In this document: positions 46,901 to 53,653 of the stretch, in pieces
Layout of the letters: the number at the start of each line of letters is the position of its first letter
Numbering within the stretch: position 1 is the first letter of the stretch
IMG/VR virus record: IMGVR_UViG_3300045586_000001
Location: 1-53,653 of that record
DNA: 53,653 bases
Source of the DNA: a virus
Taxonomy: Duplodnaviria; Caudoviricetes
Strand: one strand, 5' to 3'
The notes under the pieces: model-generated
Databases searched by the model: none
The model's input: the letters and a program-made list of their open reading frames with translations, nothing else
What the model was told of the DNA's origin: nothing
Made by a program: the position numbers and the translations under genes

Positions 46901-47494
46901 ATGGCTAACATTTCCGATTTTAAAGCTCAGCTTACCGGTGGTGGCGCTCGCGCCAACCAGTTCCGTGTAGAGCTAGCATTTCCAACATACGTATCGGCTG
47001 GTCCGATCGTTGGTATGAAGACACAGTTCTTGTGCAAGTCAGCACAATTACCAGCGTCAACTATTGACAACGTTCCACTTCAATATCGTGGTCGTGCAGT
47101 CAATATCGCTGGTGAGCGTACATTTGCACCTTGGACTATTTCAATCTATAACGATACTGATTTTGCTATCCGTAACGCGCTAGAACAATGGTCTAATGGA
47201 GTTCAGAATCTATCAACTAGCAATGGCCGCGTAAATCCACGTGACTATCAAGTTGACTTGATGGTACACCAATTAGATCGCAATGGTGCTGTTGTAAAAA
47301 CATACAAGTTCGTTGATGCATGGCCATCAGAAGTTGGTGCAATTGCTCTTGACTTTGATACTGCTAATGCAGTTGAAACGTTTGATACGACATTCACTTA
47401 TAACTATTGGACTTCCAATACTGCTGAACAAGGTGGATTCGGTGTTAATGTTTCAATTGACACTCCAATCGGCTCATTCCCAATCAGCGGTTAA
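46901..47494 (+). CDS. gp19: Tail tube protein gp19
   Basis: GGARANQFRV, FLCKSAQLPAS, AGERTFAPWT, QLDRNG and AWPS motifs. Confidence 0.96.
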   Translation: MANISDFKAQLTGGGARANQFRVELAFPTYVSAGPIVGMKTQFLCKSAQLPASTIDNVPLQYRGRAVNIAGERTFAPWTISIYNDTDFAIRNALEQWSNGVQNLSTSNGRVNPRDYQVDLMVHQLDRNGAVVKTYKFVDAWPSEVGAIALDFDTANAVETFDTTFTYNYWTSNTAEQGGFGVNVSIDTPIGSFPISG

Positions 47495-47511
47495 TTTAGG
47501 ATATATAGATA

Positions 47512-49047
47512 ATGAAAGTTTTTGGTTTTGAAATTCAGCGTAAGAAACAGCCCGAGCCGTTATCGGTTGTAGCACCGTCGCAAGACGACGGTGCTACTGT
47601 CGTAACGTCTACGGCTGGGTACTATGCCCACGTGATGAATATGGACGATACGATTAAGGGTGAAAACGACTTAATTCGTAGATACCGCGAAGTATCACAG
47701 TATCCTGATTGCGATAGCGCCATTGATGATATCACCAATGAAGCTATTGTTGCAGAAGAAGATCATCCTCCTGTTGAAATTGTTTTAGACGATCTAAAAG
47801 TTTCCGCTGGAATTAAAACCAAGATCACTGACGAGTTTAAGAACGTCATGACTCTTTTGAAATTCGATCAAAAAGGTCATGACATCTTTCGCAATTGGTA
47901 TGTTGACGGTAGACTATACTATCAGATTCTAGTGGATGAAGCTAATCCTAAGAATGGTATCGTCGAACTACGACCTGTTGACTGCCGTAAGATTCGCAAG
48001 ATTAAGAATGTAGTAAAACAAAAGAATCCACAAGGCGTGGAGATCATTAAGAATGTAGAAGAGTACTACCTATACAACGATAAAGGTATCACCGAGTCTA
48101 CTACACAGGGAATTAAACTTCCTCTTGATTCTATTCTCTATACTCCATCGGGAGTAGTAGACCAAAATACTGGTCTTATGCTATCATACTTGCATAAGGC
48201 TATTAAGTTAGTGAATCAACTTAAGATGATGGAAGACTCTTTAGTCATCTATCGTATCAGTAGAGCACCAGAACGTAGAATTTTCTATGTTGACGTGGGT
48301 AATCTACCAAAACAAAAAGCAGAACAATACGTCAATGACTTGATGAATAAGTTCCGCAACAAAGTTGTTTACGATGCAACGACCGGCGAAGTCCGTGATG
48401 ATCGTAAGCACATGTCTATGATGGAAGACTTCTGGATGCCTCGCCGTGAAGGTGGTAAAGGTACAGAAATTACAACACTTCCAGGTGGACAAACCCTTGG
48501 TCAGATCGAAGACATCGAGTTCTTCCAAGGTAAACTATTTCAAGCGTTGAACGTTCCAATGAGTCGTCTAAAAGGCGATGGTGGATTCAACATGGGTCGT
48601 TCATCGGAGATCACTCGTGATGAGATCAAGTTCACTAAGTTCGTTTGGAGAATTCGTAAGAAGTTCTCTAACTTATTCCTTGATGCTCTGAAGATTCAGT
48701 TGGTCCTTAAAGGTGTTATCAATATCGAAGATTGGCCAGAGATGGTTCAACAGATTCGGTTTGACTTCATGAAGGATAACCACTTTGCAGAGATCAAAGA
48801 AAATGAGATCATGCAGGGTAGAATTAACCTATTGACTGCGTTGGATCCATTCGTTGGAAAATACTATTCTCCATCATACATTAAACGTAATGTTCTTATG
48901 CTTAATGACGAACAGATCAAAGAGATCGATACAGAGAATGAAACACATAATGCAGATACACAAGCTGCTGAAGTAAATGATATGATGGTCAAGGGGAAAG
49001 CCCAAGCTGACATCAATAAAATGCAAGACACTGGAGATAAAAAATGA
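47512..49047 (+). CDS. gp20: Portal protein gp20
   Basis: WYVDGR, LSYLHKAIK, NQLKMMEDSLVIYRISRAPERRIFYVDVGNLP and EDFWMPRREGGKGTEITTLPGG motifs. Confidence 0.97.
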   Translation: MKVFGFEIQRKKQPEPLSVVAPSQDDGATVVTSTAGYYAHVMNMDDTIKGENDLIRRYREVSQYPDCDSAIDDITNEAIVAEEDHPPVEIVLDDLKVSAGIKTKITDEFKNVMTLLKFDQKGHDIFRNWYVDGRLYYQILVDEANPKNGIVELRPVDCRKIRKIKNVVKQKNPQGVEIIKNVEEYYLYNDKGITESTTQGIKLPLDSILYTPSGVVDQNTGLMLSYLHKAIKLVNQLKMMEDSLVIYRISRAPERRIFYVDVGNLPKQKAEQYVNDLMNKFRNKVVYDATTGEVRDDRKHMSMMEDFWMPRREGGKGTEITTLPGGQTLGQIEDIEFFQGKLFQALNVPMSRLKGDGGFNMGRSSEITRDEIKFTKFVWRIRKKFSNLFLDALKIQLVLKGVINIEDWPEMVQQIRFDFMKDNHFAEIKENEIMQGRINLLTALDPFVGKYYSPSYIKRNVLMLNDEQIKEIDTENETHNADTQAAEVNDMMVKGKAQADINKMQDTGDKK

Positions 49048-49214
49048 GTACACGTGATTTAGTAGATGCCCTAATTTCCGGCGATTCAATCGAGATTGAA
49101 AACGCCTTTGATGCTACTATGGCTGAAAAGATGTCATCTAGTTTAGACACATATAGAGTTAAAGTAGCTCAATCAATGTTTAATCCTGCCGTAGCAGTTG
49201 AAGATTCGGAATAA
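49044..49214 (+). CDS. Prohead core protein gp67-like (56 aa, not in the ORF track)
   Basis: ATGA overlap with the gp20 stop, GGAGA RBS; MSTRDLVDALISGDSIEIENAFDATMAEKMSSSLDTYRVKVAQSMFNPAVAVEDSE; gp67 position. Confidence 0.7.
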   Translation: MSTRDLVDALISGDSIEIENAFDATMAEKMSSSLDTYRVKVAQSMFNPAVAVEDSE

Positions 49215-49232
49215 TTCTAATCTCTATTTGAT

Positions 49233-49240
49233 GATAAATA
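49233..49240 (+). promoter_or_regulatory. Late promoter variant
   Basis: GATAAATA followed by a TAAGGA RBS. Confidence 0.5.
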
Positions 49241-49259
49241 TAATCAATAAGGAACTAAT

Positions 49260-49691
49260 ATGGCGGTTGTAAAAAGCTTTTTAAAATTAACAGAATCAGA
49301 CTGCGTAGTTAAGGTCGCAGGAACTGCTGGCTCTGCTACGATTGGTCTAGCGACTGATCTGCTTCGTTCAACTGAAGCACTTACTGTTGGTGGTACTCCA
49401 ACGGTTGTAATCAGAACACTTACTTGGAGTGGCGCAGCAGCTGGTGTAATCACCATCACTAGAAATAACGTGGTTGTATCTACACTTCTTGGTTCTACAT
49501 GCGGTCAGCTAGATTTTGGTGGTCAATTCTGTGTTGCAGATAACACAGAAGCAACGTCTGATATCGTCGTTACAATCAGCGGCGGGCAAGCAGAGCTTAT
49601 GATTCGCGTTGCTAAAGTAACTGGTTATTCAAGCAAGATTGAAACTTCACAGTTCAGCGTATATGATAATACCTCAGTAGTGGGAAGCTAA
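49260..49691 (+). CDS. Hypothetical beta-rich protein at the gp68 position
   Basis: 143 aa ORF with a good RBS between the gp67-like gene and gp21. Confidence 0.7.
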   Translation: MAVVKSFLKLTESDCVVKVAGTAGSATIGLATDLLRSTEALTVGGTPTVVIRTLTWSGAAAGVITITRNNVVVSTLLGSTCGQLDFGGQFCVADNTEATSDIVVTISGGQAELMIRVAKVTGYSSKIETSQFSVYDNTSVVGS

Positions 49692-49693
49692 TC

Positions 49694-50347
49694 ATGTATC
49701 TAATTAAAGAAGTCGTAGAGACCTGCACACTAATTACCGAGAACAAACTCGGTAAGGGTAAAGAATATTTTATTGAAGGTGTATTCCTTCAATCAGAAGT
49801 TAAAAACCGCAACGGTCGCATGTATCCAGAGTCTACAATGGATAAAGAAGTTGCACGTTACATGCTTGAAAAAGTAGGTAAGAATACTGCTTATGGAGAA
49901 CTTGGTCATCCAGATTCTCCATCTATCAATCTAGATAGAGTATCACATATGATCGTTGACCTTCGCAAAGAAGGCACCAATTATATTGGTAAAGCAAAGA
50001 TCATGGAAACGCCAATGGGTAATATTGCACGAAGCCTTCTTGAAGGTGGAGCAAATCTCGGTGTTTCCAGTAGAGCGCTTGGATCCCTTCGTATGAATAA
50101 AGAAGGCGTGCAAGTTGTTCAAGACGATTTTATGTTGTCAACAGCAGCAGACATCGTCGCAGATCCTTCAGCGCCAGATGCATTCGTAAGAGGCATCATG
50201 GAGTCGGCAGAGTGGGTTTTTGTTGATGGTCGCTTTGAACAAAAGCATATTGAACAAACTAAGAAACTTATTCAGAATGTTCCATCTAAGCGATTGAACG
50301 AAGTTTCCGTACAAGCATTTCAGAATTTTCTGAATAATCTAAAGTAA
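49694..50347 (+). CDS. gp21: Prohead protease gp21
   Basis: IEGVFLQSEVKNRNGRMYP, GELGHP, GVSSRALGS and DIVADPSAPDAFV motifs. Confidence 0.97.
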   Translation: MYLIKEVVETCTLITENKLGKGKEYFIEGVFLQSEVKNRNGRMYPESTMDKEVARYMLEKVGKNTAYGELGHPDSPSINLDRVSHMIVDLRKEGTNYIGKAKIMETPMGNIARSLLEGGANLGVSSRALGSLRMNKEGVQVVQDDFMLSTAADIVADPSAPDAFVRGIMESAEWVFVDGRFEQKHIEQTKKLIQNVPSKRLNEVSVQAFQNFLNNLK

Positions 50348-50353
50348 TAAATA
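50346..50353 (+). promoter_or_regulatory. Late promoter variant for gp22/gp23
   Basis: AATAAATA(AATA) followed by an AGGAGA RBS. Confidence 0.55.
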
Positions 50354-50380
50354 AATAATCTAGTTTAGGAGAATAAACAA

Positions 50381-51229
50381 ATGTCTATCGAACAAAAAAT
50401 TGCCGACCTTCTTGAAGAATCAAAGAAGCTGCAAGAAGAACAAGTTGAAGTGGTTGCTACAGAAGTAGTCGCTGCAGAAGTAGTCGCTGAAGAAGTGGTT
50501 GCTGAAGAACTTACAATCGACGTATCTGAAGACGTCGCCGCTTTAATTAACGGTGAAGAACTATCAGAAGAATTTAAAACTAAAGCTGCTACAATTTTTG
50601 AAGCAGCTGTAGTAACTCGCGTTAAGCAAGAAATTGCTAAACTCGATGAACAGTTTGATACTAAACTTGCTGAGCAAGTAGAGTCAATCAAAGAGGGTCT
50701 TGTTGAAAAAGTTGATGGATACCTTAACTACGTAGTTGAGCAGTGGATGACAGATAATGAGCTTGCCCTTGAAAATGGTATGAAGAGTGAAATCATGGAG
50801 AGCTTCATCACAGGTATGAAAGGTCTTTTCGAACAACACTACATTGATGTACCTGAAGAAAAGTTTGATGTTCTAGGCGAAATGCAAGAAGAAGTTAGTG
50901 CTGTAAAGTCTAAACTCGACGAGCAATTGGCTGCTAATGTTGAACTAACTAAGCAAGTAAATGAGATGAAGAGAGTTGCTGCGATTGCAGAATCAGCAGC
51001 AGGAATGGTCGATACCGACGTAGAAAAGTTCAGCGGCTTAGCTGAAGAACTTGCCTTCGAAGATGCTGACACCTTCAAGACGAAACTTCAAACCATTAAG
51101 GAAAATTATTTTGGTAAGAAGGTAAGTAAGACTGTTGACTCAGTCGTGACAGATGAACCAGTGCAACTTTCTGAAGAAACTATCAGCCCGAGAATGGCTG
51201 CTACTCTTCGTGCACTAGGTAAGAAGTAA
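50381..51229 (+). CDS. gp22: Prohead core scaffold gp22
   Basis: LSEEFKTKAATIFEAAV, VDGYLNYVVEQW..NELA, LFEQHYIDVP and IKENYF motifs. Confidence 0.95.
   Translation: MSIEQKIADLLEESKKLQEEQVEVVATEVVAAEVVAEEVVAEELTIDVSEDVAALINGEELSEEFKTKAATIFEAAVVTRVKQEIAKLDEQFDTKLAEQVESIKEGLVEKVDGYLNYVVEQWMTDNELALENGMKSEIMESFITGMKGLFEQHYIDVPEEKFDVLGEMQEEVSAVKSKLDEQLAANVELTKQVNEMKRVAAIAESAAGMVDTDVEKFSGLAEELAFEDADTFKTKLQTIKENYFGKKVSKTVDSVVTDEPVQLSEETISPRMAATLRALGKK
50447..50506 (+). repeat. Four 15-nt tandem repeats (EVVAx) in the gp22 N-terminus
   Basis: GAAGTGGTTGCTACA GAAGTAGTCGCTGCA GAAGTAGTCGCTGAA GAAGTGGTTGCTGAA. Confidence 0.85.
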
Positions 51230-51252
51230 ACATCCATTAAAAGGAAAATAAA

Positions 51253-52515
51253 ATGACAACACGTCAAGATTTAATTAAAAAGTGGTCTCCAATCCTGGAA
51301 GCTACTGAGGCAGCTCCAATCCAGTCTAACTATCGTAAAGAAGTTACTGCTGTTCTTTTAGAGAACCAAGAACGCGCAATGGCTGAGAGCTACCAAGCTC
51401 TTAACGAAATCGCTAACACCGGTGGTGCTGGTGTTGCTTTGGGCGGTGCTGGTACTAATGCAAATATGGCCGGTTACGATCCAGTGCTTATCAGCTTGGT
51501 TCGTCGTGCAGCTCCACAGATGATCGCTTATGACATCGCTGGTGTTCAGCCAATGACTCAACCTACAGGTTTGATCTTCGCTATGAAGAGCAAGTACTCT
51601 ACTCAAGACGGCGCAGAAGCGTTGTTCAACGAAGCAGATACTGACTTCTCTGGTACTGGTACCCACGCTGGTTCTAATCCAGTTGACGGCGCTTACACCA
51701 AGGGTACTGGTATGACTACAGCTAATGCTGAAGATCTTGGTGCTGGTGTTGCATTCGGTCAAATGGCTTTCTCTATCGAGAAGACAACCGTTACTGCTCA
51801 AACTCGTGCTCTAAAGGCAGAATACACCACTGAATTAGCACAAGACTTGAAAGCAGTTCACGGTCTTGACGCTGAAGGCGAACTAAGCAACATCCTTTCA
51901 TCGGAAATTCTTGGTGAAATCAACCGCGAAGTTCTACGTACCGTGTACATCGGTGCTAAGGTTGGTGCTCAAGTTGGTACAGCAGCTGCTGGTACTTTCG
52001 ACTTGGACGTTGATGCTAACGGTCGTTGGTCTGTTGAAAAATTCAAAGGTCTAATGTTCCAAATCGAACGTGAAGCTAATGCGATCGCTCAAACAACTCG
52101 TCGTGGCCGTGGTAACTTCATCATCTGTTCTTCAGATGTTGCAAGTGCTCTAGCAATGGCAGGTGTTCTTGACTATGCTCCAGCATTGTCTACCGGTCTA
52201 AACGTTGACGAAGCAAGCACCACTTTCGCTGGTGTTCTAAACGGTAAGTACAAAGTGTATGTTGATCCATACTCTGCTAACCAAGCAAATACTCAGTTCT
52301 TCGTAACTGGCTATAAAGGTACTTCTGCATTCGACGCTGGTCTTTTCTACTGCCCATACGTGCCGCTAGAAAAAGTTCGTGCTATCGATCCAGCTACCTT
52401 CCAACCAAAGATTGGTTTCAAGACCCGTTATGGTATGGTTGCTAACCCGTTCACTAGCTTGTCTTCTGGACAAAACATCTACTATCGCAAGGTAGCAGTT
52501 ACCAACTTGATGTAA
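51253..52515 (+). CDS. gp23: Major capsid protein gp23
   Basis: KWSPIL, LLENQE, GVQPMTQPTGLIFA, RALKAEY..ELAQDLKAVHGLDAE, EINRE and FQPKIGFKTRYG motifs. Confidence 0.98.
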   Translation: MTTRQDLIKKWSPILEATEAAPIQSNYRKEVTAVLLENQERAMAESYQALNEIANTGGAGVALGGAGTNANMAGYDPVLISLVRRAAPQMIAYDIAGVQPMTQPTGLIFAMKSKYSTQDGAEALFNEADTDFSGTGTHAGSNPVDGAYTKGTGMTTANAEDLGAGVAFGQMAFSIEKTTVTAQTRALKAEYTTELAQDLKAVHGLDAEGELSNILSSEILGEINREVLRTVYIGAKVGAQVGTAAAGTFDLDVDANGRWSVEKFKGLMFQIEREANAIAQTTRRGRGNFIICSSDVASALAMAGVLDYAPALSTGLNVDEASTTFAGVLNGKYKVYVDPYSANQANTQFFVTGYKGTSAFDAGLFYCPYVPLEKVRAIDPATFQPKIGFKTRYGMVANPFTSLSSGQNIYYRKVAVTNLM

Positions 52516-52546
52516 TCGAGTTAAGTCTACGTAAGATAGACATTTT

Positions 52547-52575
52547 AAAAGGGAGGCTTCGGCCTCCCTTTTTTT
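52547..52575 (+). terminator. Intrinsic terminator with C(UUCG)G tetraloop after gp23
   Basis: AAAAGGGAGGC-TTCG-GCCTCCCTTTTTTT. Confidence 0.9.
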
Positions 52576-52578
52576 CGT

Positions 52579-52586
52579 TATAAATA
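52579..52586 (+). promoter_or_regulatory. Late promoter for gp3
   Basis: Exact TATAAATA 4 nt before the gp3 ATG. Confidence 0.7.
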
Positions 52587-52590
52587 GAGT

Positions 52591-53121
52591 ATGACTACTA
52601 TAAACACCTCCAATCCTATCAATCAGAGTCCATTGTCAGGCAATGGGTATAAGTTTGCTATCGAAAAGATTCCAAACTTGTCATACTTCTGTCAGGAAGT
52701 AAACTTGCCATCGATAACACTCGGTGAAATTTCAATGCCTACGCCTTTAACGGCTATTGCATTGCCCGGTGATCAGGTAACATATGACCCTCTAACTGTA
52801 GATTTTCTGTTAGACAATACGATGTCAAACTATGTAGCCATACACGAGTGGATCATTGGTTTGGGATTCCCATTAGACAATGCAGACTATGCTGCACGAC
52901 TTGCAGCAAATTCACAAACTGGACTAAGCGATAGTGCTAAAGCATACTCAGATGCTACATTACAAATCTTAGATAGTTTTAATAATCCCATAAGAACAAT
53001 ACAGTTTGTTGATATAATTCCACAGACGCTAGAAGCACTAACGTTTACTTCAACATCACAAGACGTAACATACTTGATTGGTAGAGCATCCTTTAGATAC
53101 TCCTATTACAAATTCATTTAA
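52591..53121 (+). CDS. gp3: Tail tube terminator/completion protein gp3
   Basis: YFCQEVNLPSI, GDQVTYDPL, NYVAIHEWI and SDATLQIL motifs; follows gp23. Confidence 0.88.
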   Translation: MTTINTSNPINQSPLSGNGYKFAIEKIPNLSYFCQEVNLPSITLGEISMPTPLTAIALPGDQVTYDPLTVDFLLDNTMSNYVAIHEWIIGLGFPLDNADYAARLAANSQTGLSDSAKAYSDATLQILDSFNNPIRTIQFVDIIPQTLEALTFTSTSQDVTYLIGRASFRYSYYKFI

Positions 53122-53154
53122 TCATTAGCCGAAAGGCTATCACTGAAATATATT

Positions 53155-53592
53155 ATGAACATTGAAGAACTTCATGACCTGTGGGACGTTGATTGCAATA
53201 TCAACAGCGATCACCTTGATCGCGAATCAGTTAAGAGCCCACAACTCCACGCAAAATATCTACGCTTTCTTATTCAACATAAGATGAAGCTGTCTGCGCT
53301 TACAGCAGAATACAACACCCTACGTCAAAAGAAATTCCGATACTATCGCGGTGAGATGGGGAAGGATGAACTCATTGAACTTAATTGGAAACAATGGCAG
53401 GGTATTAAACCTCTGAAGAATGAGATGGATGAATTCCTTGAAGGCGACTCTGACCTGAACAAGATCAACATAAAGAGTGCATATATAAAAGGAATGGTAG
53501 AAGCTTTAGAGTCTATCCTTGGTCAAATAAAATCACGTGATTGGCAAATTAGAAATGCTATCACTTGGAAACAATTCGTTGCTGGTGCATAA
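53155..53592 (+). CDS. uvsY: Recombination mediator UvsY
   Basis: LWDVDC, PQLHAKYL, YYRG and RDWQIRNAITWKQF motifs. Confidence 0.9.
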   Translation: MNIEELHDLWDVDCNINSDHLDRESVKSPQLHAKYLRFLIQHKMKLSALTAEYNTLRQKKFRYYRGEMGKDELIELNWKQWQGIKPLKNEMDEFLEGDSDLNKINIKSAYIKGMVEALESILGQIKSRDWQIRNAITWKQFVAGA

Positions 53593-53653
53593 TGATTACA
53601 ATTGAGAAGATAAACAACGTTCACTTACGGATCTATTCAGATCCTTCAATCAC
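53592..53653 (+). CDS. uvsW: 5' end of probable UvsW helicase (truncated by the window)
   Basis: TAATG coupling to uvsY; MITIEKINNVHLRIYSDPSI; gp3-uvsY-uvsW synteny. Confidence 0.65.
   Translation, partial: MITIEKINNVHLRIYSDPSI

Noticed and set aside
10481-51801. Many 60-165 aa antisense and off-frame ORFs in the track
   Set aside because: They lie within or overlap long conserved genes, show the Val/Pro/Ala bias expected from the reverse complement of Thr/Gly-rich codons, and lack recognisable motifs.
42860-52515. Introns, inteins or homing endonucleases in gp17, gp20 or gp23
   Set aside because: All are uninterrupted and of normal or compact length; no LAGLIDADG, HNH, GIY-YIG or intein motifs were seen.
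1-53653. Stop-codon reassignment
   Set aside because: Core genes are full length in the standard code, and TAA, TGA (gp20, gp15) and TAG (PAAR) all end genes at expected positions.

Overview
This window is a contiguous virion-morphogenesis region of a large T4-like myophage, read in the standard genetic code. I found no tRNA, CRISPR array, intron, integrase or reverse transcriptase. A short minus-strand block at the left holds a probable relocated gp16 start at the edge, a putative holin, gp54, gp2 and gp4. It diverges from a long plus-strand late region: baseplate (gp48, gp53, gp27-like hub, gp5, PAAR, gp25, gp6, gp7-like, gp8, DUF4815/VrlC-like), about 17 kb of tail-fibre/adhesin genes, neck gp13-15, terminase gp17, sheath gp18, tube gp19, portal gp20, gp67-like, protease gp21, scaffold gp22, capsid gp23, gp3, uvsY and the start of uvsW. 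T4-type late promoter boxes (TATAAATA and variants) punctuate the region. The most unusual parts are (i) four fibre genes built from a shared kit of conserved linker repeats alternating with unique modules, with synonymous sites largely diverged and mosaic, (ii) a gp5 spike carrying both a GH19 glycosidase and a C-terminal M15 peptidase, like an 'evolved VgrG', and (iii) no gp16 between gp15 and gp17. All family calls come from motif recognition and synteny by eye, not from database searches.
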